The notes under the pieces were generated by a model, which was not told the DNA's origin, searched no databases, and was given only the letters and a program-made list of their open reading frames with translations. Both the position numbers and the translations under genes were made by a program. Shown in pieces: positions 1 to 13,181 of a stretch of 64,000 bases of DNA. Within the stretch, counting starts at the first letter, position 1; every line of letters begins with the position of its first letter. This DNA is from Phoronis australis (Eukaryota > Animalia > Phoronida). The stretch is taken from the NCBI GenBank assembly GCA_002633005.1, contig NMRA01000102.1, forward strand, positions 726,345 through 790,344. The letters run 5' to 3'.

Positions 1-1450
1 CACCCTTCCTTCATATGTTAAAGATACAAACATTTTCTTAATATAATTAAAAACATCAGTGATTTACCTAACAATGCCCTTCTCGTAACATTTGATGTTA
101 AAAGCTTATACACTAATATTCCTCAACATGAAGGCATAGAAGCCTGTACCAAGTTTCTTAGTCAACGTAATAATCCTAATGTACCTACATCATTTATTTG
201 CTCTTTTCTTGAACATGTACTTACCATGAATCATTTTACCTTTAATAATGTTCACTATCTCCAAATATTAGGCACAGCTATGGGAACTAGGGTTGCTCCT
301 ACTTTTGCCAACCTTTTTATGGGAAATTTTGTAAACAGCTTCATCAAATCCTGCTCTGAAAAAAACCCTTCTCTGGCTAAGATACATTGATGACATTTTT
401 GTGATATGGACCCATGGCCCACAAAAATTAGATGTATTTTTAGAAAATATTAACAAATTTCACCCTACTATAAAGTTCACTCATGACATTTCTCAAAATA
501 AAGTCTCATTTTAGATGTAACAGTCACCCTTAATAATGATAAACTAGAAACTGACTTATTCTGTAAAGAAACTGACAAACACCAGTATCTGTCATATCAC
601 TCGTGTCATCCCTTTCATTGCAAGAAAAACCTTCCATATAGTCTTGCCCTAAGAATTCGACGCATTTGTTCAGAAGAAACTTCCTTTAATAACCGTTTAA
701 AAGAACTCAAGTACTTTCTAATTCAACGTCATTTCCCCTTACATCTTATACACAAATAGTTTGACAAAGTCCGTTCAATTACACGAAATGAATCTTTAAG
801 AACTAAAACTAAAGGCGATACTACTAATAGAATACCATTCATAACTATGTTCAATCCATGTTTAAACGGAATTAGCCACCTCTTCAGAAAACATCTTTCC
901 ACGCTGCATATTTCCCCTCAAATGAAAAACCTATTTCCTCATCCACCTATAATTTCTTGGAGAAAATGAAAAAACTAAAAAATTATTTAGTTAAAGCTAA
1001 TATCGACAATATACACCAAACTGACAAATCTATTGGCAACACACAATGTAACAAAATTAGGTGTAAAATGTGTAACTTTATCAACTATAGCACTTTTTCC
1101 AGTCTTCCCAAACCAATGAAAACTTTGAAATAAAACATTATTCTGATTGCACCACCAACAATATTATTTACCTTATAACTTGTAAAAAATGTTCTATCCA
1201 ACACGTAGGACAAACTCAACATAATCTGCAAACTCGGTTTCGTAATCATAGATTGAACATAATACATAAAAACATTTCTGATACTATAGGTAATCATTTC
1301 AATTCCAAAAACCATAATATTCAAGATCTTTCTGTACAAATAGAAATACTCCAACACCCCAATACCCCTCACAGACTCAAAAGAGAACAATATTGGATAG
1401 ACAAGCTCAATACAATAGAGCCTCATGGATTGAACATAAAAACTTCTTAA
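1..1450 (+). mobile_element. Penelope-like retroelement (RT + GIY-YIG endonuclease), decayed, runs off the window start
   Basis: Translation across frameshifts gives LPSYVKDT..., LVTFDVKSLYTNIP, YLQILGTAMGTRVAPTFANLFMG, WLRYIDDIFVIW, FHPTIKFT, FLDV, HSCHPFHCKKNLPYSLALRIRRICS. The GIY-YIG-like C-terminus follows: NIIYLITCKKC..HVGQT..RFRNH..REQYWIDKLNTIEPHGLN*. Internal stops and frameshifts are present. Confidence 0.93.
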
Positions 1451-1499
1451 AATATGACATTGAATTTTTTACGCAAAAATGTATCATATTCATTAAACC

Positions 1500-1640
1500 A
1501 TATCTTATATGTCAATTGTCATTTTGTGTTTGATTTTACTTTATTTCTGTTTTTGTGGACAAGGGAAGTTATTACATCCGAAAATTTCAAATTTCATTTG
1601 ATCCATTCTTGTTGTTTTATTTACCGATTTATATTCTACA
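1500..1640 (+). repeat. Dispersed repeat, with reverse-orientation copies at ~6930-7050 and ~31400-31520
   Basis: Shared core gtttgattttact...gttattacatccgaaaattt...gatccatt.ttgttgt. The spurious ORFs at all three sites share 'VITSENF'. Confidence 0.75.
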
Positions 1641-2585
1641 TTCCATGAAACAATAGTATCCTTGGGAGGATCTGGATCGCCTTATTTAATTTCAGATTTA
1701 TTTTCTACGTTATGCAACTGCTAAAACGAATAACAATCGAAATGCCGTTATTTGCTGTGGCCTACGTTATGTTTACGCGCCAACTACCCTCATTTCAAAC
1801 AGTGATTAATGGCAAATTTGCCAAAACTGATCAGTTTTGGGCAATCTTCATCTTTCTCAAAAACCGAGCCCACAAAGAACTCCAGAGATGAGTTTAGAAC
1901 AATGACGTCAGTGGCTTAAACATTTTCCCGACTATGCTAGATGTATTCTTTGCCCTGAACCGCCCAAAACTACGCCACATGGGGAACATTATTTTACCAT
2001 AAGTTAAAATTCGCAGACCCAATGTTACGTGAAATGCTGGCAAACGGTGCGTTCTCATTGCGACGTACGAGAAAGAACTTCAGTAGATCACCTGTCGACC
2101 TCTCTCTGAAACAGTCCATATTTTTTATGTTTGATATGATGTTCTCCAAAAAGGCTGAAAACACCTCTGCGGCACCTTACACTGGGTACGTATGGTTGTG
2201 TTAGATTCCATGGAAACTATCAAAGCTGTAACGTACATAAAACATTCTCTTCATGTTGCGAACTTGTTATTCATAATTGGTAGGTATAACGAGTAATGAT
2301 AGTTTTCAGTTTAGTTAGATTGACAATCATTTCATTTGCATAACACAGATATGCGGGCAATGGAATTGTTCGCTTTTTGTCTTCACAGTTAATATAAAAC
2401 GATTTGACTATCCATAGATGTTGTATATGGTGCTCAGTCACTGGCGATGGCCTCGGCATCCACATTGGGGAAGGGGGTATCCAATCATTATGTATACTAT
2501 TTTTTGAAATAGTGACTGAATTGCAGTTGAATTAAATAAAGAATCTAGTTTATGCTTCTCCTTCTTACTTTAAATATTAATAGTA

Positions 2586-3200
2586 CAGGCCAGTATCCGG
2601 GGGGGATTCGGGAAGTTAGATCGAACCACTTCCCCCGCTGAAAATGTCCACCCCCAACATATTCGTTAAAGATAGAATTTGAATGGACAATAACAACAAA
2701 ACTGCTGCAGCTACTGGTGCCAACTACAATGATAACTAAGTTAGCAATAATTTTGAATTTGCTTCTGATGGGATGTCACCATTTCCAGCGATGTAACCAA
2801 CTTAAGTAATACGCTAAAATACCACCAGATAAACAATTGTGTGTATTCATTCGCCGACTAAACTTTATATTTCCATCTGAGTATGCAATGAGATGTAATC
2901 ACTCATTTAAGCATAGCAGGAAATTATGCGAGAACGTTCTCTTTTTGAACCACATTAGGCCTACATCCTAATTTGTGTCCCGTTCTTTGCGACCAACCGT
3001 CACACCATCCTCGTTTCTGGTATTAGAAATTCCGTCTTATCTCCTGAACATGAGTCATCGTACATATTTCCCTTCCGCCTAATTAATAAGTTGCGTCAAA
3101 GGCCTTACCGAAAACTCTACAGTGTCGACGTTTGCAAAATGCTAAGATTCACCGTACTTGAAATTCGAACCATCCCCGCTCATTGTTGGCCACGGGCCTG
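2586..3200. mobile_element. Non-autonomous TIR element (MITE, hAT-like termini); partial second copy at ~7780-7935
   Basis: Starts CAGGCCAGTATCCGGGGGGGATTCG and ends ttcgaacc...GGCCACGGGCCTG (imperfect inverted termini). 3050-3200 aligns with 7780-7935. No TSD is recognisable. Confidence 0.55.
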
Positions 3201-3349
3201 AAAAGGGTATATGCATTAGAGTAGAGAGATAGGGGGGTCCAAAAAGTCGCCCATGCATCGACCAAACTCCTACATGCTACTGCCCCACCGCTAAAAATGT
3301 TTGTAATGCACCTTTTGTTGCATGCAGAAGGTTGCTCGAAATTACGCAA

Positions 3350-3670
3350 ATAGTTTCTAGCAGTTATATGGTGGGTTGATCTAGCTCAACTCAGGTACTT
3401 GGGCGTGTCTGGCGGGGGTAACCCACTACTAGATTTGTCTAGCAGTGTTTATCCGTTATACCTGGGCATACGGTGAATATTTTGCAACTGGTTCTAGGCG
3501 GTTACCACTTGGGTTGATCTAGCTCCATTTTTTACCCTTTTTGATAATCGTGTGACAGGGGCACCCCACCACTGAAGATGTCTGGCAGTGACCAATTTTG
3601 ATACAGTCGATCACATAGTAGGCAGTTTGAAGTGGTTACCATAAAAGTTGATCTAGCTCAATTTTTGAGT
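3350..3670. repeat. Degenerate ~137-bp-period tandem repeat (about 2.3 units)
   Basis: gttgatctagctc recurs at ~3376, ~3513 and ~3647. A second motif, ccacYact..(a/t)tgtct.gcagtg, recurs at the same offset in units 1 and 2. Confidence 0.55.
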
Positions 3671-4843
3671 GTCATTCTCTTGGCTCCCCTGACCACACCC
3701 ACCAGAGCAAGCCTGCCAGACGACCAATTCCAGGCACAGGATACCCCTAGAACACTGTGACAAAGAAAATTGCCCAAAAAACTCTGGGATCGCAAACATG
3801 AAAGTCTGGTCGGCACGCCTCCTGTCACTACAGGTGGCGTGCTGACCTGACATTTAAATGCTTGTGATATAAATTTCCACGCTGGTTAAAGAATTACATA
3901 TTCATTTACTCTTGTCTATATATTTTCAATATACATTGTATAGAACTATAAAATAAACTTTTTTCTTCCTCTGTTGTAGTGTACTCAGTACTGCATTTTG
4001 CATTCTGTGACCAGCAGTGTAAGTATGAAAATACGTTGGAGACTATGATAAATTTCTTCATGTTCGCTGCAGTGAAGTAACTATCGTAATTGCTAATCAC
4101 ATTGACCGTATTTAATAGAAACTAAGGCTTGTTGTGAAATACAGAAAAGAAGTTATCCTATGCGTTACTGTTGAATAACAGTTATTGCCTAGCCGTTGAC
4201 CCTACTAATTAAGAAACTAGTCAATTATTGTGCAAGAGATTGCTTTACGTGATGACGTACATGTACAGGTATGTTTTCTAACGTCATATCTGACTAGCAA
4301 TTTATTTCAATTCGTAAGTGCTCTGTGCCAATAATCACCGTGGCTTGATTGATAATAGTTTCCATTTCTGCTACAGCTGCCAAAGATCGTTGAGAACAAG
4401 CGAGTAAAGTCACTACCGATCATTTCTTCTTCGTGACCTATTCGACGACCTAGTAATTGGATTTGCTCATGTGAAATACTTTACGGGTTAGTGTCTACAT
4501 GTATCTAGGTTTATACATCTAGGTATACTTTGTAGTCACTGGATTCGAGGCACATACATACATATTTTACTGTCAGACTCGAAATAGTGTACCGTCCATG
4601 CAGGGGATATTCATTTCAGTAAAATGTTACTTAAATCATAACGTGCTCCAGCACACCATCACAGACACATGTTTTGATTTCGTACTTAAAGTGTAGAACG
4701 GAAAAGAAAAACACATATTTTAAAATTCGAGCTTGTGCTGGAAGATTAGAGCACGGGCCGAAATGCTGAGGCAGAAGGTAATCTATCTTGTGGTTTTCAG
4801 GTTAGAAACTAAAGCTTTGTCTTCGTTGGGCCTACGTACCTCC

Positions 4844-4898
4844 ATGGGAACTTTGATGCTTTCGACAGTTTTGTTATTCAGCGCATTTCCTGCTCTTG
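4844..4898 (+). CDS. Candidate signal-peptide exon (MGTLMLSTVLLFSAFPAL, phase-1 donor); parent gene unassigned
   Basis: Upstream acceptor ttttcag at ~4800, ATG in ccATGG context, 18 hydrophobic-rich codons plus 1 nt, then a perfect donor G|gtaagt at 4899. Confidence 0.4.
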
Positions 4899-5389
4899 GT
4901 AAGTGTAGCTGAGACTAATGCTGCAAGTAGTTGAAGAACGCGCTTTGAACACTAAAGCTCGCTTACTACATTGCATGTTACAGTAGGTGTGGAAACGAAT
5001 ATCACACTTGTTTTGACAGCTTCAAAATAGTTAAAGCATTTTTGTTCATACAAAATGTCCACACAGCTGCCACACATTGCGTCGCCGGGGGTCACATTTG
5101 AATAATCGTGTTCCTACCATGTTGTGATATTCTTTGAAAGGATACTGATGTTACAGTTCATTCGCCCGTTAAACTCTTTCACTTCGACTGGTAAACCGAT
5201 AAAAAGTAGTCCACGTCAAAAACAGCTAGGACAGAAGGTGATATCGCCCGATCTTAAGAAACTGTCCTGGTGCTTCGCCCCACCTACTCATCGTTCAGAA
5301 GGAAGTCAAGAGATGGAAGGTCGAGTCATCAGTGATGCCCTACTTGATTTTGTCCGTGACTAACCAATCTGTGATTTAGCAGTACAACG

Positions 5390-5850
5390 AGTGTACGGCG
5401 TCAAAATATTTGCAGCGTAAAGTAATTATTTACGTCGTAAATTAATTATTTACGGCGTAAAGTATTTATTAACGGCGTAACTATTTACTTACGGCGTAAA
5501 GTAAATATTTGCGGCGTAAAGTACGCAACAAATGGAAAGTTTGCAGTGGAAGTGTCCCATAGGCGATAACCGTGCGAAGCTTACGCCCGTCTCACGGATC
5601 TTGCAAATTACACCATTCGACGTCATCTTGCATGGGTTTACGACCTAAAATAATTATTTCATTACGACGTAAAGTAATTATTTGCGGCACAAAAAGTTAC
5701 GTCACACCGCAAATGATTACTTTACGCAGTAAAAATTATTTTACGCCGCAAATAACTTCTTTACGCCCAGATATTTACTTTACGCCGCAAATAATTACTT
5801 TGCGCCTCTTACAAGAATTATCTTACGCATGTAATTTTACGGCGTGACGT
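5390..5850. repeat. ~21-bp minisatellite arranged as two oppositely oriented arrays
   Basis: Units like aaagtaattatttacggcgta at ~5395-5525. Reverse-complement units (tttacgccgcaaataattact) at ~5700-5810. Confidence 0.8.
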
Positions 5851-8800
5851 TCACCCATTTGTCCAACGATGTACCATAGAGTAGCACTGGAGTCTAGAAG
5901 TAAATGGCTGAGGCATAAAGCAGCAAAAGAGCGCCTAAAAAGTAGTGTGGTGTGAATGCCTTGAATTCGACCAAGAAACAAAACGGCAGAGAACGTGTTT
6001 ATTATCTACTATTTCGGTATACTTGCTATAGAATTGTAAGGTGCAGGCACATTCAAATTTCGAAGTGAAGATGATCGTCAGATGATTGTTTGTCATCCAG
6101 TGTCCACTTTGATTGTGGATTGGTGGATTGAGATGCATGTCCTTGTTTGTACACATGAGTGCTTATCCATTGTTTTAAATCCAGTACACGCCTACTCTAA
6201 GTTCACTATAGTTAGTCATCGTTGTTGCTCAAACAAAAAACTGACTTTTAACTACAGTGTGTTCTTGCACTAAGCAAACCCCGACGAGGATGTTCACGGT
6301 ATTAGGGAAATAGGTCTAGGCCTAATAAAAACTTAGGTCAATGATTCTCTTGTCAATCAGTGTCAATGGTACAATTATATTTGTGTCCATCATGTACAAT
6401 GTAGTAAGTATTTAAAGGGTGTGGAAGGGTTGAATACTCTTGAAACATTGGTTACATTGTTCACAAATGAGCTCATATCCAAGCACTGCCAATCGTGATT
6501 CTTGGATCTAACTAACGACGCATTTTCAAGCAGGGACAACATTTGGGGCACGGGTCAGGGCTGCGGCGACCAACGGAGGTTTTAAATTTAAGAAGACTGA
6601 ATGGGAATTTTTATCTTTGTGAAGACTTGCCCTTAACTAGCTCAGTCGCGCTGTGAAATGATGCGACCTTGACATGGATTTGATTAATGTAACGTGGTTG
6701 ACTATTCATCTATATTCCCACTTCATATTCTTTCAAAAGGATACTAAGGCCTGGTATGACGATTTCCACCAACCCTCGGTCTGTCTCTGGTGTCAATCGT
6801 CGAAGTAAAAACTATACCAAACCCGCTTTTTTGCCTATTAACATATACTAAAAACGCTTCAGTTCTCTTAAACAAAACAATGCTCTGTAACGGCTCGATA
6901 ACCCACAAGCCTTTTGCGGAACATCAGAATAAACATACTTAAATAAAACAACAAAAATGGATCACAGAAATTTTCGGATGTAATAACATCCTTCGTCAAC
7001 GGAAACGGAGATGAAGTAAAATCAAACATATGACAATTGACATCTGACATAGGGCGTAATGAGCATGGTACATTGTTGAGGAGAATTAAAAAATTCCTTT
7101 CAAAGTCTGCTAATGGGGCAAACGTGACCTACGCTTTTAGCGAGTTACATGACATCTTTAGGAAAAGACCAACCGCCAAGGATCACAATGTCCAATTCCT
7201 GAGATAGTGGGTGTGAATTCTTAGTTGATTCCTGCCTTCATCTTTCAAGATTGTCACCAATGATGCATCAGAAGGTGATAAAACGAGGATTGGTTGAAAT
7301 CATCAAAACAGGATTTAGTATCCTTTTTAAGAAAGGAATCAATTAAAAATTAATGCACCCCTTGTCACAGTTTGCACATTATGATCCTTGGTGGATGGTC
7401 TGTTCCCTCGGTTTACGTGTAATTCGCAAAAAGCTCAGGTCACGCATGCCCATTTAACAAATTTTGAAAGGAGGTTTCAAATTTTTCAGCAAACCTTTGA
7501 GAATTGTCAAGGGTTACAGAGCATTATCTTATTTCAGGGAACTGGATGGGAAAGTCATTTTTAGTATCCGTCAATATGCCAAAACCGGATTTTGCATCCT
7601 TTAAAAAATGCAATAACGTACCCATTTTCCTTGTTCGTATGACATGCGGGTAATTTGTATTCAATGCTGTAGCATCGGTACACGACTCAGGGCATCTAAT
7701 AACCGAAGCATCTTTTTCTTTTTCATGCAGAAGCATAGACATTAAATCTGAGTTAGAATTTTTAGGAACACAGAGCTGAGAGTCATCGTTGTGTATTCGG
7801 ATTTCCCTTCCACCTAATTAAGCAGCGTCAAATGCCTTACTGAAAATTCTGCAGTTTCGACCTTTGCAGAATATCAAAGGTTCACCGTTTTAGACATTCG
7901 AACCACACCCCGCGCAATGCTGGCTGTGGGCCCGATGTATTTCCCCACGCCGGACGCTCCACGTTGACGCCCTGAAGGTTGTTTGATTCGAGCAATTTCA
8001 CGATTGAATCGATACATGTATATCCAATACGAAATTACTGAGCTTGAAGTCACAGTTTACGGCCATGAAGCACGCCAGTGTAACATTTTCACACGCTCGC
8101 TTCACTGGCCATGAAAAGCTTTATCCCTAAATGACTAGGCAGTTCACAGTGTAAACTATGGGAAATCACCAGTATGAGGCAAACGTGCTACTTCCAGCAC
8201 GCATTGTTGATGCAGTACGTTAGCCGGCTGCTCGAAGTCGGTATTATTTATGGCCATGCCGCTAAGAGTCACAAGAAGAGCCGTGCCCGAGTGTTGTCAA
8301 AACAGATGCTTACAGGCAACGTCAGCCCTGGAGTTCTGCGCCTTCTGCTGTCACGGGGATGGTGTGGGGAACGGATTAATACACCAACACATCCCCAATG
8401 ATCCTTGCCGTGACAGGTATTACAGGTATTACAGGTATTGCAGTACGGTCCAAGAATTGAAGAATTGAACACGGCTGTCATTTTTTCTAATTACGATTTT
8501 TGAAACCTCACTGGTGTAATAAGCCGAGATTTTCAAATAACAAAATTTATTCAAATAAATTCATTAAAGCGCCAGCAACACGAGCTTTTACTTCCGTCTT
8601 CGCCCAAATCATGACTGCAAGTGTGGACTGATTGTACATGTATACCGTGGGAAGAGGTCACGATTGATTACGAAAGCACATCATCAAAATATTTTCAGAT
8701 GCAGAGTCATTTCCCGGCCCAACATCAACATCCGCTGCAGGCAGTCCATCGACATGCAATAGCTCTAAAGAGCAGGCGTGTGAAGGTATGTAAGTTCGCT

Positions 8801-9310
8801 GCTTTACGACTGTACACTCGTTAGGAAAGTTTCATTACTAAGATACAGGAAACTTTGAGAATTGTTCATTCTACATGTATGTTTAATATTAGACTGTATA
8901 CTACGGGCAGCCAACACTGAATATTATCAATGGAGCACGCGCATAAGCTGCAAACTTGCTATTCACCAGCGGAGCCCGGTGTGATATTTGGTTTTACTAC
9001 CGGCAGCCCATCGTAGTTGTTCGTACGCAATAAAAATTGTTGTCTACTAGGAGAAAAGCCGATGGATTTGGATCGGCGACGTTGGCACGCAGAACATCTA
9101 AGCTTATTTTATTTAAAGTTCGTGAAACTTTTCAAACCCTATAAGCAAAGCTAAAATCATTAGATCCAGAAATAAGCAGCATCCAAATTTTACTAGCCTC
9201 GTCGAAGTTCAACATCATTTACACACTCCACGGTACGTTTGCTTTCGAGTGAGTGCAAGAACGACAGCACCATAGATCATTGTCATGTAGCAGAGCTCCG
9301 GTGAAATGGT

Positions 9311-9520
9311 GTGAAGGTTGTTTTTAATAATACAATTTCACGGTTGATCTAATCTAAATAAATATTGAAAGTTTCCTAAGTGACAGTTTTACGGCGTTGT
9401 ACATGTATATTTCTTACTTTACAATAATTATACAAGAGACATTGTAATTGTGAATGTCTAGGAATAATATGGTCTCTTGAGCATTTATGAGTGAAATACT
9501 GACAAACAGTTAATATAGTA
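9311..9520 (-). mobile_element. 3' fragment of an L1/Tx1 LINE related to the element at 60.3-63.9 kb
   Basis: Clear alignment to 60335-60525 (cacggttgatct.atctaaataa.tattga...tactttacaataattatacaaga...aattgtgaat..ctaggaataat...gtgaaatactg.caaa.agttaata). A weaker related piece lies at ~7975-8065. Confidence 0.8.
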
Positions 9521-11054
9521 AATTCCAGTGCAAAATTAGCGCCGGTTTAACAGGAGAGAGTGTCCGCGGAACTTCGGGTCCTACAAACTGCACCTTCATG
9601 CATCTGAGCGGCAGCATACGACGCCATTTCAATATGTGGGTCCTTCGTATGCAGGTCGGACAATTAATCTAGTTGCGAAAAACTTGACCCTGCAATGTTA
9701 CTCACTGATAAATTTTCTTTTAAAAGTGTATTATGTGGTTAGAAGAACAACATTAACAAAGGTATTTTTATGATTGAAGATGGTGGCATCTGCCATCCAG
9801 AATTTCGTCCAATGTCCATCTTATGAACATAATGACCGATATGATCCTGCAATATACCGTTTCTAATGTTTTCTGGGAGGAACTCAATAAGCGAAGTCAC
9901 TTTTGTGTTCTTTATCAGTTGGGATGTACAGTAGGTGAACGTGTAGTCCGTACACGTTACATATTGTATGCACATTATGTGGCCGGAGTTAGCACATGCT
10001 ACATGTATACCGATGATACCATTCTTGTTCTGTTTTATTGTTTTGTAATTACAGCTATTATAGTGAATCCCAACTAATGAAGTTACAATAATAAACGTAA
10101 CGCATTTTAATTTCAAAAAATGAACTAAGCCTAATGTAACTATGGATTCTTGTTTTGTTATACTGATGTGATATTTAAACTGACGTCGGTATATATTCAA
10201 AGTCAATGTATGTACACATGCTTAAATAAGGGAATTGCTTGTGTTTAAACATACATGTGTAGCAAAATACGAGCACGTAGTTAACATGGACAAGAGGTGT
10301 GACATAACGCAGGGAAAGAAGCTATGTGTGATGAAAATTAATTAGATGAAGCCAGCCAATTTCCAAAAATGCAGGAGTTCATCAAGTAAATGAAGGGTTC
10401 ACTATCGAAGTTCCTAATTATACAAATGCCATTCTCCTAAGACCTTCATCCTCAATGAGATTTAAAGAAAATGGCTGATTTTTAACTATGTCTCAGTGTC
10501 TGCCATTTTCGGTTTTCAGTTTATATTTTGAACAACTGAAACTTGCAAGATCGGTAATTACATATCTTTCTCTCTACAAACTGCATGTTCTTCAAAAATG
10601 AGTCTGTATGTTGTTCTTATGATCTGTCTAATTGATTTCATGAAGTCATTGTTGGTCGGAATCTATACATTTTTTTTTAAATTCGCACAATACCAACTCC
10701 TTGTCTGACCTACAGAATACCAAACACTGTCTTGTATATCAATCTTAAACATGGAAACTCTAGCTGTAGCGGTTCCCTTCAGTTAAAATGTAATTTGTAA
10801 AGTCCACGTAGGTTAAATTGCAATATTATCTTCAAGGTGTTGTTATTTGGATGTATTTTATTCAAATCATCGTATAATTGTGTCGTTAGTTATTTTAAAA
10901 AGCGAACACAAAAAAATCCGCGAAAATTTTACCTTTGACACCTTGACATGGTGTTGGGGAACCCAAACTAGGTCATATCCCACAATGCAGTTCACCGCCA
11001 TTGTATCACAGTACACGACGAACACAGACCGTTCAATCTTAGCGTATTTTGGCA

Positions 11055-11302
11055 ATGGTGCATAGGTGAGCGTGCGCTAACTGTTCTAACACCAACTAGG
11101 TGGAAGGCGTAGGCCCATTTAAATTCCCAAAAGACAAGCATCTGGCCGCGAATTGGCACGTTTTCGTGCGCACAGCTCGTCTTTGGAAAATGACAGTCAA
11201 GTCATCCATAACTGTCGAAGCGAAAATATGCTCCGACCATTTTCAGGACGGCTGCTTCGACGTCAAAGTCATCATGAGGGATAAAGCTGGTCTTGTAAAA
11301 AG
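11055..11302 (+). pseudogene. THAP zinc-finger exon of a decayed DNA transposase (probably Kolobok)
   Basis: MVHR*ACANCSNTN*VEGVGPFKFPKD...W...KICSDHFQDGCF matches the THAP pattern (C-x4-C, FP, W, CSxHF) but has two stops. It ends at donor AG|gtaagt. Confidence 0.8.
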
Positions 11303-12328
11303 GTAAGTTCCCTTGATAATTTTGATGTCTAAGAATCCATGACGCTTTCGCAATGCCTGAATAATAACGATGTTTTTCACAATCACCATAGTTCTCAAGC
11401 GTTTAAAAATATATTGTTTTTCTGCGAAAGATTTAGTTATAAATGGATAATACTAAAAGCCACAGAAAAGACAGCGGATCTCAAAAGATGCATGTCTTTC
11501 GAAAAGAATGAAGACTAGATAAAGTAAAACACGATGGTAACTCAATTCCAAGGTTTTGATTATGAAAGTAATCTGCTTCCAAAAATATGATTAAAATCTA
11601 GCTATCGCTTTTGCTTGAAGAATATAAAAGGAAGCGAAAACTTTCACATAGATATCGTCGTGTTTTGCTTTAATCTTGGACTACTCTTGATTCAAATTGT
11701 GTTTTTTTTTACTTTTGAAGTGCTGTTGTTGTGCTTTTCAGAGTATGTAAATAAAGTGAGGGAGAACGCCTTGCAATTAGAGAGAAGCTGGTGATCTTGA
11801 AATTTGCTTAGAAAGTGATGCCCCTCCAATGCCGACTACTGATGCTCCAGATGTGCCCAAGGAGAATGCCGTGGAACAGATGAGGATCCGTTATCTAGAT
11901 CAGTTCAGACTGACTGCTTAGTCAAAGAACAGCACTGTCATTTCTTTCCGTCATATTTAGGACAGTTACAGTTACTACCAATGTTTTTGATTTAATACTT
12001 GAGAGCGGTACATACATGCCAGAGTGTACATAGTACCAGTGCTGGAAATTGTGATCAACTTTTGCGTGGCGTTTGGCTGTCCAGCGTTTATGGATAAACC
12101 CGGTGATATACTATGTTCTTATATAAAAACCAATGGGCCAACCCCACCGTCCTAAAATTCTCCTTGATTCCATTTGGCATTTCGGGGGTGCGTATGTCTG
12201 ACGGGCAAACGACGAAAACGGGGTCGTAGTGCGCAGCGCCACTGCCGGTCGCCTGGGATATCGCGGGAGAGCCTATACTTAGCCATAGTTCCGTTACGAA
12301 TGCGTCGTGTTCCGAATTTGACACTTGA

Positions 12329-13181
12329 NNNNNNNNNNNNNNNNNNNNNNNNNNNNNNNNNNNNNNNNNNNNNNNNNNNNNNNNNNNNNNNNNNNNNNNN
12401 NNNNNNNNNNNNNNNNNNNNNNNNNNNNNNNNNNNNNNNNNNNNNNNNNNNNNNNNNNNNNNNNNNNNNNNNNNNNNNNNNNNNNNNNNNNNNNNNNNNN
12501 NNNNNNNNNNNNNNNNNNNNNNNNNNNNNNNNNNNNNNNNNNNNNNNNNNNNNNNNNNNNNNNNNNNNNNNNNNNNNNNNNNNNNNNNNNNNNNNNNNNN
12601 NNNNNNNNNNNNNNNNNNNNNNNNNNNNNNNNNNNNNNNNNNNNNNNNNNNNNNNNNNNNNNNNNNNNNNNNNNNNNNNNNNNNNNNNNNNNNNNNNNNN
12701 NNNNNNNNNNNNNNNNNNNNNNNNNNNNNNNNNNNNNNNNNNNNNNNNNNNNNNNNNNNNNNNNNNNNNNNNNNNNNNNNNNNNNNNNNNNNNNNNNNNN
12801 NNNNNNNNNNNNNNNNNNNNNNNNNNNNNNNNNNNNNNNNNNNNNNNNNNNNNNNNNNNNNNNNNNNNNNNNNNNNNNNNNNNNNNNNNNNNNNNNNNNN
12901 NNNNNNNNNNNNNNNNNNNNNNNNNNNNNNNNNNNNNNNNNNNNNNNNNNNNNNNNNNNNNNNNNNNNNNNNNNNNNNNNNNNNNNNNNNNNNNNNNNNN
13001 NNNNNNNNNNNNNNNNNNNNNNNNNNNNNNNNNNNNNNNNNNNNNNNNNNNNNNNNNNNNNNNNNNNNNNNNNNNNNNNNNNNNNNNNNNNNNNNNNNNN
13101 NNNNNNNNNNNNNNNNNNNNNNNNNNNNNNNNNNNNNNNNNNNNNNNNNNNNNNNNNNNNNNNNNNNNNNNNNNNNNNNNN
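12329..13181. other. Assembly gap (853 N)
   Basis: Run of n. Confidence 1.

Noticed and set aside
1821-1840. 20-bp perfect palindrome ccaaaactgatcagttttgg
   Set aside because: It is isolated, and no associated element boundary or gene could be established.
9739-10206. 155-aa minus-strand ORF and the many 60-120 aa ORFs elsewhere
   Set aside because: They have no recognisable motifs, often use non-ATG starts, and have composition typical of AT-rich non-coding or antisense frames.
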